A DNA stretch of 64,000 bases from Macrostomum lignano (taxonomy: Eukaryota). The stretch spans positions 1 through 64,000 of the forward strand of contig NIVC01000648.1 in assembly GCA_002269645.1 (NCBI GenBank), written 5' to 3'. Made by a program: the position numbers and the translations under genes. Below, piece after piece: positions 32,835 to 45,100 of this stretch (its first letter is position 1; each line of letters opens with the position of its first letter). Below the pieces are notes generated by a model. The model was not told the DNA's origin, searched no databases, and worked only from the letters and a program-made list of their open reading frames with translations.

Positions 32835-35627
32835 TTATCCAACAACAAACTGCTTATAATCTTTAATCCGCTTTAACTGACACCGGATCCCCTTCACCAA
32901 ATCCGTGGGCTGCAATACCAGACTGATCTCCTGGCCGTGAGCATTCAATCGCAGTGCCACCTCTTTCGGCTCCGGCCAGAGACTCAGCGGCCGGCCATTG
33001 ACCTCGGTAATAGTCCAGGTGCAAAAATTGGCGTCGTCAACAGCGCCAGTGGTTCGATAAGCCAAGCCGTGAGCAGCGGCCAGGCCGTCCTGCTGCACGT
33101 GACAGATCTCGGCCTTGTGGCCGACAGTCTGCAGGCCCAGCGACTGGCCGTCCAAGCGTTGGACGCTGAAGGCTTTGCCGTACGGCAGGCGGCGCAGGCG
33201 GAGGGCGACGCGGTCGAAGGCGCCGTGCAGAATCCGGCGGAGCTGATCCAGCGACTCGATTGGGAAGCCATCGACTGAGATCACCTGTGGCGGGGAGGGG
33301 CGGAGGTGGGCTAAGGTTTCAGGGAGGGTTTTGAGGGTTCAGTGACGGGTTTAGTGAGGGTTCAGTGACGGGTTTAGTGAGGGTTCAGGGACGGATTTAA
33401 TGAGGCTTCAGGGACGGATTTAATGAGGCTTCAGGGACGGATTTAATGAGGCTTCAGGGACGGATTTAATGAGGGTTCAGGGACGGTTTCAATGAGGTTC
33501 AGGGACGGATTTAAAGAGGGTATTTAATAACGATATATTAGCTTCGGCAAGAAGCGAACCTCATCTCCCACATGCAGACAGGAGTGCAGCCTGGTGGCCT
33601 GCCTGGTCCAGCCGGCAATCCAGAAGCGGTCGCTGGCGCACTGCACAATGGCCACATTGTCCAGCAGGTCGGCACTCTTGCACATAACTGCAACCCGCCA
33701 GGGTAAAGAATCTGGCGCTTCAATCGTTCAACAGCCGAGCTCAGCGGCGTCAGGCGGGGCCCGCCGGGCAGCGGGTTCACGTAGAACCGGCCATTGTCGG
33801 TCTCTTCAACCGCCACGTCGGTTTTCGGCTCGAAGAATCCGGCCAGAGGAATCGGCCGGAGCTCCCGACGGAACGTGGGCGGATCCGGGTTGGGCCGGTG
33901 CACCCCGGCGACCGAGCGGAACCGCTTGGTGCGCAGCGCGCCCAGGCCGTCCCAGTCTTCCAGTTCGCGGTACTTCTTCTCTAACAGGGCGTAGGCTGCG
34001 GGATCCAGACTGGCCAGCTCGCTGGGGCCCGCCAAGTTGGCGGCGGCGGCGGCCGGAGCGGCTTCGTTCAGCTCCTGGCGCAGCTGGGCCACCGCGGACC
34101 GGCCCTGAGCAGCTTCGATGCGCTGCTCAACTCGGCGCAGCTCGATCAGAATCTCGTTGGTTGCGCTGGAGGCGGCAGCAGCGTTGTTGCTGCCGTTGCC
34201 ATTAGCAACGGAACAGCAGGCGGCCGCGTCCTCCTCGGTCTCGTCGTCGGTGGTTTCGTACACCTCTGCGGCGGCGCTGTCATCAAAGGTGCCGTAGATG
34301 TTGTCGGGCTTCTGCCGGCCGGAGTATTGCGCCAGGTTGCGGTTCAGGACGTCCGACCAGTCGGCTGGGGGCGTGAATGAGATGAATGATAGGGTAGGGA
34401 GTTGGGCGTAAATGAGGTGGGTGATAGGGTAGGTAGTTGGGCGTGAATGAGGTGGGTGATAGGGTAGGTAGTTGGGCGTGAATGAGGTGGGTGATAGGGT
34501 AGGGAGTTGGGCGTGAATGAGGTGAATGCTAGGGTAGGGAGTTGGGCGTGAATGAGGTGAATGATAGGGTAGGGAGTTGGGCGTGAATGAGGTGGGTGAT
34601 AGGGTAGGGAGTTGGGCGTGAATGAGGTGGGTGATAGGGTAGGGATTTGGGCGTGAATGAGATGAATGATAGGGTAGGGAGTTGGGCGTGAATGAGATGA
34701 ATGATAGGGTAGGGATTTCGGCGTGAATGAGATGAATGATAGGGTAGGGATTTGGGCGTGAATGAGGGTGGGTGACAGGGTTGGTAAGTTGGGCGTGAAT
34801 GAAGGTAGGTGATAGGGTATGGAGTTGGGCGTGAATGAGATGGGTGATCGGGTATGGAGTTGGGCGTGAATGAGGTGGGTGATCGGGTAGGGAGTTGAGC
34901 GTGAATGAGGTGGGTGATAGGGTAGGGAGTTGGGCGTGAATGAGGTGGGTGATAGGGTAGGGAGTTGGGCGTGGATGAGGTGGGTGATAGGGTATGGAGT
35001 TGGGCGTGAACGAGGTGGGTGATCGGGTATGGAGTTGGGCGTGAATGAGGTGGGTGATAGGGTACAGTTGGGCGTGAATGAGGTGGGTGATAGGGTATGG
35101 AGTTGGGCGTGAATGAGGTGGGTGATCGGGTATGGAGTTGGGCGTGAATGAGGTGGGTGATAGGGTACAGTTGGGCGTGAATGAGGTGGGTGATAAATTT
35201 GGGATTGGTCGTGAATGAAGCTAGAATGAAACGGTGCAGTGAGAAGTGAACAAAAGTGAGCACAAGCAGCCAGAAGCTCACCAGCATCAGTCTCAGAGTC
35301 GGCAGTGAGTGTGAGCACCCGATCAGCCAGGGTGAGCATGAAGCTGGTCACATCGCTAGGAGATCGAATCACCTGGCGGCAGCCGCGCAAATCAAACGAA
35401 TTGATTGGCGCCTCAGTCCTGGCCGAGTTCGAGTCCTCGTAGTATTCGAGCGAGGGCAGGCCGCCGAATATGAGGAACACGAACCAGCGCCTGGTGGGTC
35501 TGTGCAGCAGTGAGATGGACTTCAAGCCGGAACCACCGCCTCCGCTGCTAGCGCCGTTTGCGCCGCCGTTGTAAGCCGAGGTCTGCTTCTTCAGGTAGCC
35601 AGCCTTGATGGTGATTTGCTGGTTCAT
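32835..35627 (-). CDS. PH domain + tandem PDZ-domain protein (exons 35627-35282, 34364-33560, 33284-32835), with an apparent 1-nt frameshift near 33690
   Basis: PH: IKAGYLKK...RRWFVFL...LEYYED...FDLRGC...SETDA|ADWSDVL. PDZ: LHVGDE|VISVDG, and LGL...EI..V...GLAA..GL...ITEVNGRPL. Exon 2 is 805 nt, one base short of phase consistency. Confidence 0.8.
33330..33520. repeat. ~23-bp intronic minisatellite
   Basis: Unit GGGACGGATTTAATGAGGCTTCA. Confidence 0.85.
34375..35195. repeat. 35-bp G-rich intronic minisatellite, about 23 copies
   Basis: Unit GGGTGATAGGGTAGGGAGTTGGGCGTGAATGAGGT in intron 1 of the PH-PDZ gene. Confidence 0.95.
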
Positions 35628-35777
35628 TGCTGCTCTTTGCTTGCAGAAGAGCACTTCCCTCTGGAGGGTGGACCAACTGCTGCAGTTGCTAGGGTTGGAA
35701 TGTATGGGCTACGGATTCCAGCTGTCAATTATATTCTGAAACCAATTGATTGGTGTTGGAAAAAGGGTGTTCAAACA

Positions 35778-36190
35778 TAGCTTGAATGGTTATTCAGATA
35801 CAGCTTGAATGGGTATTCAGATACAGCTTGAATGGGTATTCAGATACAGCTTGAATGGGTATTCAGATACAGCTTGAATGAGTAATCAGATACAGCTTGA
35901 ATGGTTATTCAGATACAGCTTGAATGAGTAATCAGATACAGCTTGAAGGGGTATTCAGATACAGCTTGAATGGGTATTCAGATACAGCTTGAATGGGTAT
36001 TCAGATACAGCTTGAAGGGGTATTCAGATACAGCCTGAAGGGGTATCCAGATACAGCTTGAATGGGTATTCAGATACAGCTTGAATGGGTATTCAGATAC
36101 AGCTTGAAGGGGTATTCAGATACAGCCTGAAGGGGTATTCAGATACAGCTTGAATGGGTATTCAGACACAGCTTGAATGAGTAATCAGAT
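35778..36190. repeat. 23-bp minisatellite, about 18 copies
   Basis: Unit TTCAGATACAGCTTGAATGGGTA, upstream of the PH-PDZ start codon. Confidence 0.95.
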
Positions 36191-36959
36191 AAAATTCAAA
36201 TGGGTCAATAATTCTAAGAAACGCAAAATTCTAAGAAAAGTCTTGAAAAAATCACGCTAAACGAATTACCATATAAACAAGAAAGCATAATTACTAACGT
36301 AATAGTACCTTTTTATGATGCGAAGTCAGAAGATTTTAACGGCGAATTCAGAAGAAAGGCGAAATCTTTTAAAAGTCTTGTCTGTTTTGATATTGGCCTA
36401 CTACGAGCCGTAATATCGTTCAATTAATAGCTGGATATATATATAAGCTTGAAGCAGAGAAAGCCAAAAGCCAACAGGAAATCTCTTGTCCCCTGTATTC
36501 TATTGCAATCTATTAAAGCTGGCTAAAACTAAAACTAAAACTAAAAGATAGAAGGAAGGCGCACAAGCTAGAAGCACTTATCAAGATAACGCAGGGCCTG
36601 CAGTGCTGTATTAGTCAGTTCAGCTAAAGTCAGATGCACAGGCGGGTTAGCGACAAGGGAGTGAGAGACAGAGTGGTTCAAAATCTTTCATACAGTGCAG
36701 ATTCGGTGTTTATGCTATGCTATACTAGGTCATGTATATAATTTATGCATCAGCCAATGCTGATGCAAGGGTGGGGTCTGCACACCAGAATAAATATTAC
36801 GTAGCAACAACCTCGCAAAATAGAGAATTTCACACACAGACTTTAAGGTAAGTGGGTAGATGCAAGCGAGGAAAGGGTTACAGATACGGGAGCGAGGCAG
36901 GGGTACGGGTGGGTTGGGGTGATTGGAGAGAAAGAGAGATCGAAAATCAGAGACAGACA

Positions 36960-37820
36960 GACAGAAATAGAAGAGTTAGAGAAAGGTAGAGTGGGAGAGG
37001 GAGGGGAGGGGAGGAGGGAGAGGGGAGTGGGGAGGGAGAGAGAGAGAGGGGAGTGGGAGGGAGAGGGGGAGTGGGGAGGGAAAGAGAGGGGAGTGGTAGG
37101 AGAGAGGGGAGTGGGAAGGAGAGAGAGGGGAGTTGAAGGGAGAGAGGGGAGTTGGAGGGTGAGAGGGGAGTGGGGAGCGAGAGAGAGGGGAGTGGGAGAG
37201 TGAGAAAGGGTGAGAGAGAGGGGAGTAGGAGAGTGAAGTAGGGGGAGAGAGGGGAGTGGAAGAGAGAGGGGAGTGGGAGGGAGAGAAGGGGGAGTGGGAG
37301 GGTGAGAGAGGGGAGTTGGAGGGAGAGAGGGAGTGGGAGGGTAAGAGATGCGAGTGGGAGAGGGGAGTTGGAGGGAGAGAGGGAGTGGGAGGGTAAGAGA
37401 TGCGAGTGGGAGAGAGAGGGGAGTTGGAGAGAGAGAGGGAGTGGGAGGGTAAGAGATGCGAGTGGGAGAGAGAGGGGAGTTGGAGGGAGAGAGGGAGTGG
37501 GAGGGTAAGAGATGCGAGTGGGAGAGAGAGGGGAGTTGGAGGGAGAGAGGGAGTGGGAGGGTAAGAGATGCGAGTGGGAGAGAGAGGGGAGTTGGAGGGA
37601 GAGAGGGAGTGGGAGGGTAAGAGATGCGAGTGGGAGAGAGAGGGGAGTTGGAGGGAGAGAGGGAGTGGGAGGGTAAGAGATGCGAGTGGGAGAGAGAGGG
37701 GAGTTGGAGGGAGAGAGGGAGTGGGAGGGTAAGAGATGCGAGTGGGAGAGAGAGGGGAGTTGGAGAGAGAGAGGGAGTGGGAGGGTAAGAGATGCGAGTG
37801 GGAGAGAGAGGGGAGTTGGA
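36960..37820. repeat. Polypurine (GA-rich) tract ending in a 56-bp minisatellite
   Basis: Unit GGGAGGGTAAGAGATGCGAGTGGGAGAGAGAGGGGAGTTGGAGGGAGAGAGGGAGT, about 8 copies from 37330. Confidence 0.9.
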
Positions 37821-38609
37821 AAGAGATATGCAGAGAGATTCAAGAAACAAACTTGCAGCCCAGACGCCGCTTTCAATTCCGAAATCGCATCTCAAGTGAG
37901 CAGTTTTCACACAACAACTCATTACAGGCCATATTTCAACAGGAGCTGCAGGGGTGGAGCTGTGTAATCAGCAATTCCCCTAGCAATGGCAGAGTTTCAG
38001 AAGCCAATTTGCACTCTTGAAGCAATAAAAGAAAGGCAAACCCTCTAGACACTAAAATAAACCAAACATAGGAAAAAATATAGAAGCAGAAAAACCACCA
38101 TTTGAGCATAGTAAAACCTTCAAAACAGTCCCGGTTTGAGTATATTTCTACCAACAAAGGTATACAACAACTTTTATGATCAATAAACTTCAGGACGGAT
38201 TTCTAATTGTTGAGATTCGCAAAAACACTTTATAAAAGTATAAATAAAGCTGGTAAAAAAACTCTGATAGAGAAATACTTCAATCTAGTTAGGAAGCAGT
38301 CCATAAGTTTTTTATTAAGAAATTTCACTTTAAGCTGGGAGAAAAAATACGACAAATCAACAAGTGTCAGAAAATAATAGAAATTTTCAAGGAATTTGTA
38401 AAAACGGACAGCGAAAATTTGCTGAGAATTAACAATAACAGTTATTTGGAGCAGAATGGAATATAAAGTGCACACAGCACTCCATCACGCCTAGCACCTA
38501 AAGTCACCTTGTTTTTTTACTTTGTAATTGGTTCAATTTGCGATTTTTTATTATTTTTACTTGGGGAAGAAAGGGGAGACTTAGAGACGAGATTAGGGGC
38601 ATAGGATAG

Positions 38610-38970
38610 GGTGAATAGAGAGGCAGTGAGCAGAGATAGAAGAGAGAGGAGAGAGGAGAGAGCGGAGATGTGAGAGAGAGAGAGAGAGGATAGAGGGGGA
38701 GAGAGCGGAGATGTGAGAGAGAGAGAGGATAGAGGGGGAGAGAGCGGAGATGTGAGAGAGAGAGAGAGGATAGAGGGGGAGAGAGCGGAGAGGTGAGAGA
38801 GAGAGAGAGGATAGAGGGGGAGAGAGCGGAGATGTGAGAGAGAGAGAGAGAGGATAGAAGGGGAGAGAGCGAAGATGGGGGAGGGAGGGTAGAGGTGGAG
38901 AGAGTGATGGGGGAGGGAGGGTAGAGGTGGAGAGAGTGATGGGGGAGGGAGGGTAGAGGGGGAGAGTGGA
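38610..38970. repeat. Second GA-rich tract with ~40-bp degenerate units
   Basis: Units like GAGAGCGGAGATGTGAGAGAGAGAGAGGATAGAGGGG. Confidence 0.85.
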
Positions 38971-39104
38971 GAGCAAAGCTAAGAGACAAGAGAAGCAAGC
39001 AATAGACAGATGAAGCATAGAAATGAATAGCCGAAAATCCAATAAATCAAGGTGCCAGATTAACAGTAACGCATACGAAATTAAGGCAACATAAAATTTT
39101 TTAA

Positions 39105-42100
39105 TCAATCATCCCCTTCCTCTCCAGCCTCTTCCTCTTCATTGACTTCATCATTATTCTCTTCCTCGGCCTCAGCCTCTGCGTCATCAGCTGCTTGTGC
39201 ATCGCCAACCTCCTCGGCCACCGTAGTCAGCGGAGCCTCTTCGAGTCGTTGCAGGCGAGCGCGAAGCTGTTCAACATCCTCTAGACGGAGCAGCTGCTCT
39301 ACCAGGTCCGGCGTGAGCTTGAGCAGCGCCTCGGCTGACAGGGCTGGGAGTGACAGCGACTGCAGGCGGTCGCGAAGCTGCTCGACGCCTGGGTGAGAAT
39401 TGTTTAAATAGAGTGAACTGCTCAACTATCTGAAATAAGCTCCTGAGTGATCTGGAGTGAACTTCTAAGCGATCTAGAGTGAACTTCTAAGCGATCTAGA
39501 GTGAACTTCTAAGCGATCTAGAGTGAACTTCCAAGCGATCTAGAGTGAACTTCTAAGCGATCTATAGTGAACTTCTAAGCGATCTAGAGTAAACTTTTAA
39601 GCGATCTAGAGTGAACTTCTAAGCGATCTAGAGTGAACTTCTAAGCGATCTAGAATGAACTTCTAAGCGATCTAGAATGAACTTCTAAGCGATCTAGAAT
39701 GAACTTCTAAGCGATCTAGAATTAACTTCTAAGCAATCTAGAGTGAACTTCTAAGTGATCTGGAGTGAACTTCTAAGCGATCTAGAATGAACTTCTAAGC
39801 GATCTAGAGTGAACTTCTAACCGATCTATAATAAACTTCTAAGCGATCTAGAGTGAAATTCTAAGCAATCTAGAGTGAAATTCTAAGCGATCTAGAGTGA
39901 ACTTCTAAGCGATCTAGAGTGAACTTCTAAGCAATCTAGAGTGAACTTCTAAGTGATCTGGAGTGAACTTCTAAGCGATCTAGAATGAACTTCTAAGCGA
40001 TCTAGAGTGAGGTTCTAACCGATCTAGAATGAACTTCTAAGCGATCTAGAGTGAACTTCTAAGCAATCTAGAGTGAAATTGTAAGCGATCTAGAGTGAAC
40101 TCTAAGCGATCTAGAATGAACTTCTAACCGATCTAGAATGAACTTTTAAGCGATCTAGAATGAACTTCTAAGCGATCTAGAATGAACTTCTAAGCGATCT
40201 AGAGTGAACTTCTAAGCGATCTAGAGTTAACTTTTAAGCGATCTAGAATGAACTTCTAAGCGATCTAGAATGAACTTCTAACCGATCTACAAAATGAACT
40301 TCTTAAACTACTTTCAAGATGCGCAGAATAAAGTTATCTATTCAGTATCCAGTGTATCTCAATTGCACTTCTACAACCATAGACAACCATATAAAAGTGC
40401 ATTCTGTGTAACATCACCCCAGAAACTCACTAGCCATGTCAACCGGAGTCTGCGACGGAACTTTCTGACCGTCGTCCAAGGCGATCTCGAGGTCGCCGCC
40501 GATGTCGACGCTCTCCTCGACGACGGGCTCCGGCGTGGGCGGCTTTGGTGGAGGGAACACCAGCAGGTAGTCGCGCTGGGCGGCCTGGATTGCGGGGTCG
40601 ATGATTGTCTGGCTACACAATTTTACTACTGAATACGTACGGGTCATGGCATTTAATTATTTACACTACTTTAATTAGACAAGGTGAGTTCTTCGACTCG
40701 ACTCAGTCAGTGCGACCACAGAGAATTTTCAAAATAATAGCAGAGCAATATTTTAAGGTTTATGTGCAATTACTGTTGCATAATAAATGGCGAAAAGTTT
40801 ACTTAATTTCACTAGGATATTGGAAAGACCGACTGACGCCAAAATGGGTGTCATTACTAAAAGGCTGTCCAGTGTGAAATCCGAAAGTTTGTGTTTCTCT
40901 GCTTTGATGTACCTTTTAAGCCGTGTTTAATATTTAAACTTTTGCGATTTGCGCGTTAATTCCATTTTTTCTGGCTCGTAACCTCTATAATTTTCTAAAA
41001 GGCTTTATCTGCCGAGCCGCTAGTAATACAATTTTGGGAGTAACTCTATGTACTGCACACACACACACTTACACGTGTATACAGTAAATAACCTGCTGAT
41101 GATAAAATAAAATTCACCGTCACAATAATTGTCATTTTTAGACGTTCAACAATAGACCCCGACAAAGGCCTTTATGCGGCCGAAATATTCGTGGTATCGA
41201 AAGCTTGACCTTCCCACTTCTTCAATTTTCCGAATGCGCGGTTATAGCTGGAAATGTCTAACTGCTTGTTCATATCTGTCTATTTATATATCTATCTATT
41301 AGCACCATTGACACGATCGAAAACATGATGGACAGCAGCACAAGAGCCTGCATTCCCAGAGTTATTCCTTGTACGGACAGGTATACAAATATTGTATACG
41401 AACTTCGCACGGTTCTCTCAAACCATGCACAAGGGTTGGACACTTGCTGCGTACACTCGATCACGCTCTCTAAAGGAAATTTACTGTCCTTTAAAGCTGT
41501 CTGCCCTCACTGATGGCATTGATAAATCCAATGTGCGACGGGGCTCACCACAAATTTATAAATAAACTCACAATATATTTTAGTCCCTACTTGCAGTATG
41601 TTTTCATTTTTTGCTTTTCATTTTCGTGTTTTCGCGTATTTTTCGTCTTGGCTGTGTAACTTACGATTAGAGCTGCTACTGAGTGAGTCGTCTTTTTATT
41701 CCTCTTCCTACCCCGTGGACCAGTCAGCTTGTTTTTTTCTTCGGTTGCCCGAGAATTTCGAGGCACAACCGCACTTGGCACAACTCCGAAAGAGAATTTT
41801 CTGAGCAATATAATCAGCAACGTCAAAACACTCATACCGGAGCACATCAGCATCGTTCGCGGCCAAACCACAGACTTCCAGACGCTGATCTACGAGCGTA
41901 CCAACAATGGGACTGGTCTTGGAACAACCGCCGTAACAACGATGTACCGCACCGTACTCGGGATAAGACTAGTCGTGAAAATGTTAAACCTCGCCGCAAC
42001 CGCAACAAACCTCGCAGGATTAAGAATCGCAACGTCGAGACGTGATTCTCGACGAAATAAAGATAGCCCTTATGCTCCTGTTACTAAGGCTCTACCGACT

Positions 42101-45100
42101 AGTGCAGCCTAAAGTCTCACCCAGTCAAGAAACTCTTAAGGTCTGTCCATCACTTGGACAACTGGCGTATGTGCCGAAAAGCGTTCACAAGAAAGCCGAG
42201 CAGAAAGAAACGCTCATCCGAACAGCTATGCCGACCGATGGACCATCAACGCGTTAAAGAAAACGCGGCGACCTGGAAAAGCAGAAAGCAAGATTCAATG
42301 GAGAGCCACTACGAGCTTTGCATGCTAAAAACTGCGTACGAGCTACAGTACGAGCTACATATGAAAGAGCCAATCCCATGTCGGACGTTAAGGCTGTGAT
42401 CCTGTTACCATGGGACCAGGCTCTTCTAAGGCAATTTGAAGAGCTTATCGACAAGCAGCTGACCACAACTATCAACCACTGTGGCAAAAGCCTTTCCAAA
42501 ATCGAAGGTCTACACGATAGATCAAATTAGTTGCTGCCGATGCACCTGACAAATATCTGTGAGCAGCGGAAAACAGATACCGGTACAGCAAAGCAGATAA
42601 TTTTTTTTTGGGCTGCTGTGTCACTTTAAACAACGAAGACAAGAGGAAGAGATTACCCTAATCGATCTACTTCAAAGCGCACGGATTCCCAACAATGATT
42701 GAACCCAAATTCATTTTATCCAAAGCAGACATTCAAAGGTATGAAATCTCTGTTTCTTCGCTACTCCATCTTTGAAGATGACTTTGATCAGGCCAGCAAC
42801 AACCTAAATGTGCATTCTAAAAAAAGCAGGGTCATTCAATCCCTTCGATCGACATTTTTTTCTGTGGAATTTCGGCTTCCAAGACTGCGGTAGCCGAGAC
42901 TGTGAGTTATGCGAGACTGTGAAAAAGGCGGAGCAATCAAGGTCAGACTCCAGCCTCACTTGAGCGATATCAGGCTCGCTAAGGACAACCGTGTTAGCAG
43001 GAATTTTTGCTCTTCCAATCACTGCTTTGGTAATTTACGCATCATGGGCCTCTGGTACCTCAGCATCGAGAATGAGACCAGCAAAGAAGCCTATCGCAAA
43101 CGCAGGATCGTGGAACAGAAAATCATCTCCCGCTGAGCACGCAGTCATCATGCACAAGGGTTGCACACTGTATCTGCGTTCACTCGATTACACTTTTGAG
43201 AACATTTTCTGCCCCTGAAAAATTCCTGCCCTCACTGATGGCATTGATTAAGCTTTTCAGAGTGGGCGGCAATGCAGCAATACTGTGCGACGGGGCCCAC
43301 CACAACTTAACACAAAATATCTAGTCCCCAACTACAGTATATTTCAGTAGATTTTCGCTTGATTTTGTTACACATGCAGAGAACCCCGACTAAGGCCAGC
43401 TCATTGCCGAAATATCGGTTCAGTACATTTATATTTTTCGTCTGTAACAGTCTTTGTGATTTTTCTCGTTTAAGTTAAGCTTAGAGCTGCTATACTGTTT
43501 GGGTGGTCTTATCTATCTATCTATCTACCATTTTTACTCAACGACGCTGTTCAGCGCACCCTTTTAAAGCTGGTATATAAATATTAAGGTTATGATAAAG
43601 TAGCTTCACTGCCAATATAATTGTTGTTTTTATACCCTTAAAATAAACCATAATGAGCATGAGCACTAATATCTACTACTACTAAGAATACTACTACTAC
43701 TTTTCTACTATTAGTCTACTACTGAACGGCAGTGCCCAGTTGCCTGTGACCAGGGGCTGGACGGACGGCGGTCTGTGACCAGACACCGCTAACTGCGACT
43801 CGTGGCCTGACTCAATTTAATTACTGTTATGCATTTACATCTAATTATTTACACTTCTTTATGAAGTCAAAGTTCTCAGTGCTCTATATCAATTTAATAT
43901 CAGTGTTTTTGAAATACCTTCTTGTTGGGATATACTTTTCAAGCTGCTTAGTCATTCATTTCTTTGATTTAAACCTGTTTTTCTATAGCTCCTCACATCT
44001 ATATTTATTGTGCAAGGCTTTAGCGCCCCAACCAACCAGAGTGCTTCAATTTACTCTTTTCATTTACTTTCTGTACAAATTTTTACTCAAAAATGCTCAG
44101 CGCTCCCCTTCAAAGCTGGTATATACATAATTTTATGGTAAATAATTTCACTGCCAATATTTGTTGTTTTTAGACCCTAAAAATAAACCTTTAAGAAGGC
44201 TAGGATCTGACCGAAATAGATCGGCTTAATCAATCATCTTTATCAAAAAAGTATTCCTACTCTGCGTGCGTGGTTTTGCTTTGACATTCGTCTATCTATC
44301 TATATATCTATCTCTATCAATCTACCGGTAGGTTATGCCTACCAATAGCCGCACCTGGCATAACTCTAAAAAACTAGCAAACAAATCCAAAAAGTGACCG
44401 ACGCCAGCAAGACCGTAACCAGCCGGGTGGCCTTGGCAACAGATCCCGAAATGAATAATCTACTGGTTACGCTCGGGGCATAAACTGGCATGGGCCTAAT
44501 CGTGAATATCGCCGCACTACAGACCATAGAACTCGTGATCACGATCATCTTGAGCCTCGCCGTTACACCCGTCATGATCCACGTGATGACAACCGCCGTG
44601 GTTCCCGCAGCGACGGTTGCCGGCCTCCCCGAGGCCCTCGCGCCGACACCCGTCAAGAAGCTCACCAGGGGACTCCCGAGGTCAACAGAAGCCGCACGAG
44701 TTGCCCGCCTTGTTAAGCAACTCTTCCGAGCGGCGCAGCACTTGGAGAACTGGCGAGTTGTCCCGAGTGGGGTGCACCGCAAAACCGAACAGCTGAAAAA
44801 CTTTATTCGGCCGGCCCTTAATACCGAAGCGACGCAACAATGCGTGCATGACAAGCCTTGACATGGGAGCTGAGCACCCAGGATACAATGGAGAACCCTT
44901 ATGAGCTATGCCTTTTACCGCTTGTCAGCCGAAATCGAGGATGCCAGCAAGGAGGTCGACACGAGTCAGCTGCAAACGAGCTGGCGTGTTGGGTTCCGCT
45001 GGACATCGCAAGACGGATGCGATCAGGCATCCCCACCTGCAGGCAGCAATGGTGCTCTCAATGAACATCTATCTACTGCTGAGCCGCACACGTCCACCAT

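Noticed and set aside
34344-35281. His/Pro-rich extension of the PH-domain ORF
   Set aside because: Read-through into the intronic 35-bp repeat; the donor at 35281 and acceptor at 34365 restore the PH C-terminal helix.
37830-37990. Exon-like island between the GA tracts
   Set aside because: Weak acceptor, no homology, and no consistent gene model on either strand.
36843-39108. Pro/Ser/Leu-rich ORFs of 160-360 aa
   Set aside because: Translations of GA-rich low-complexity tracts.
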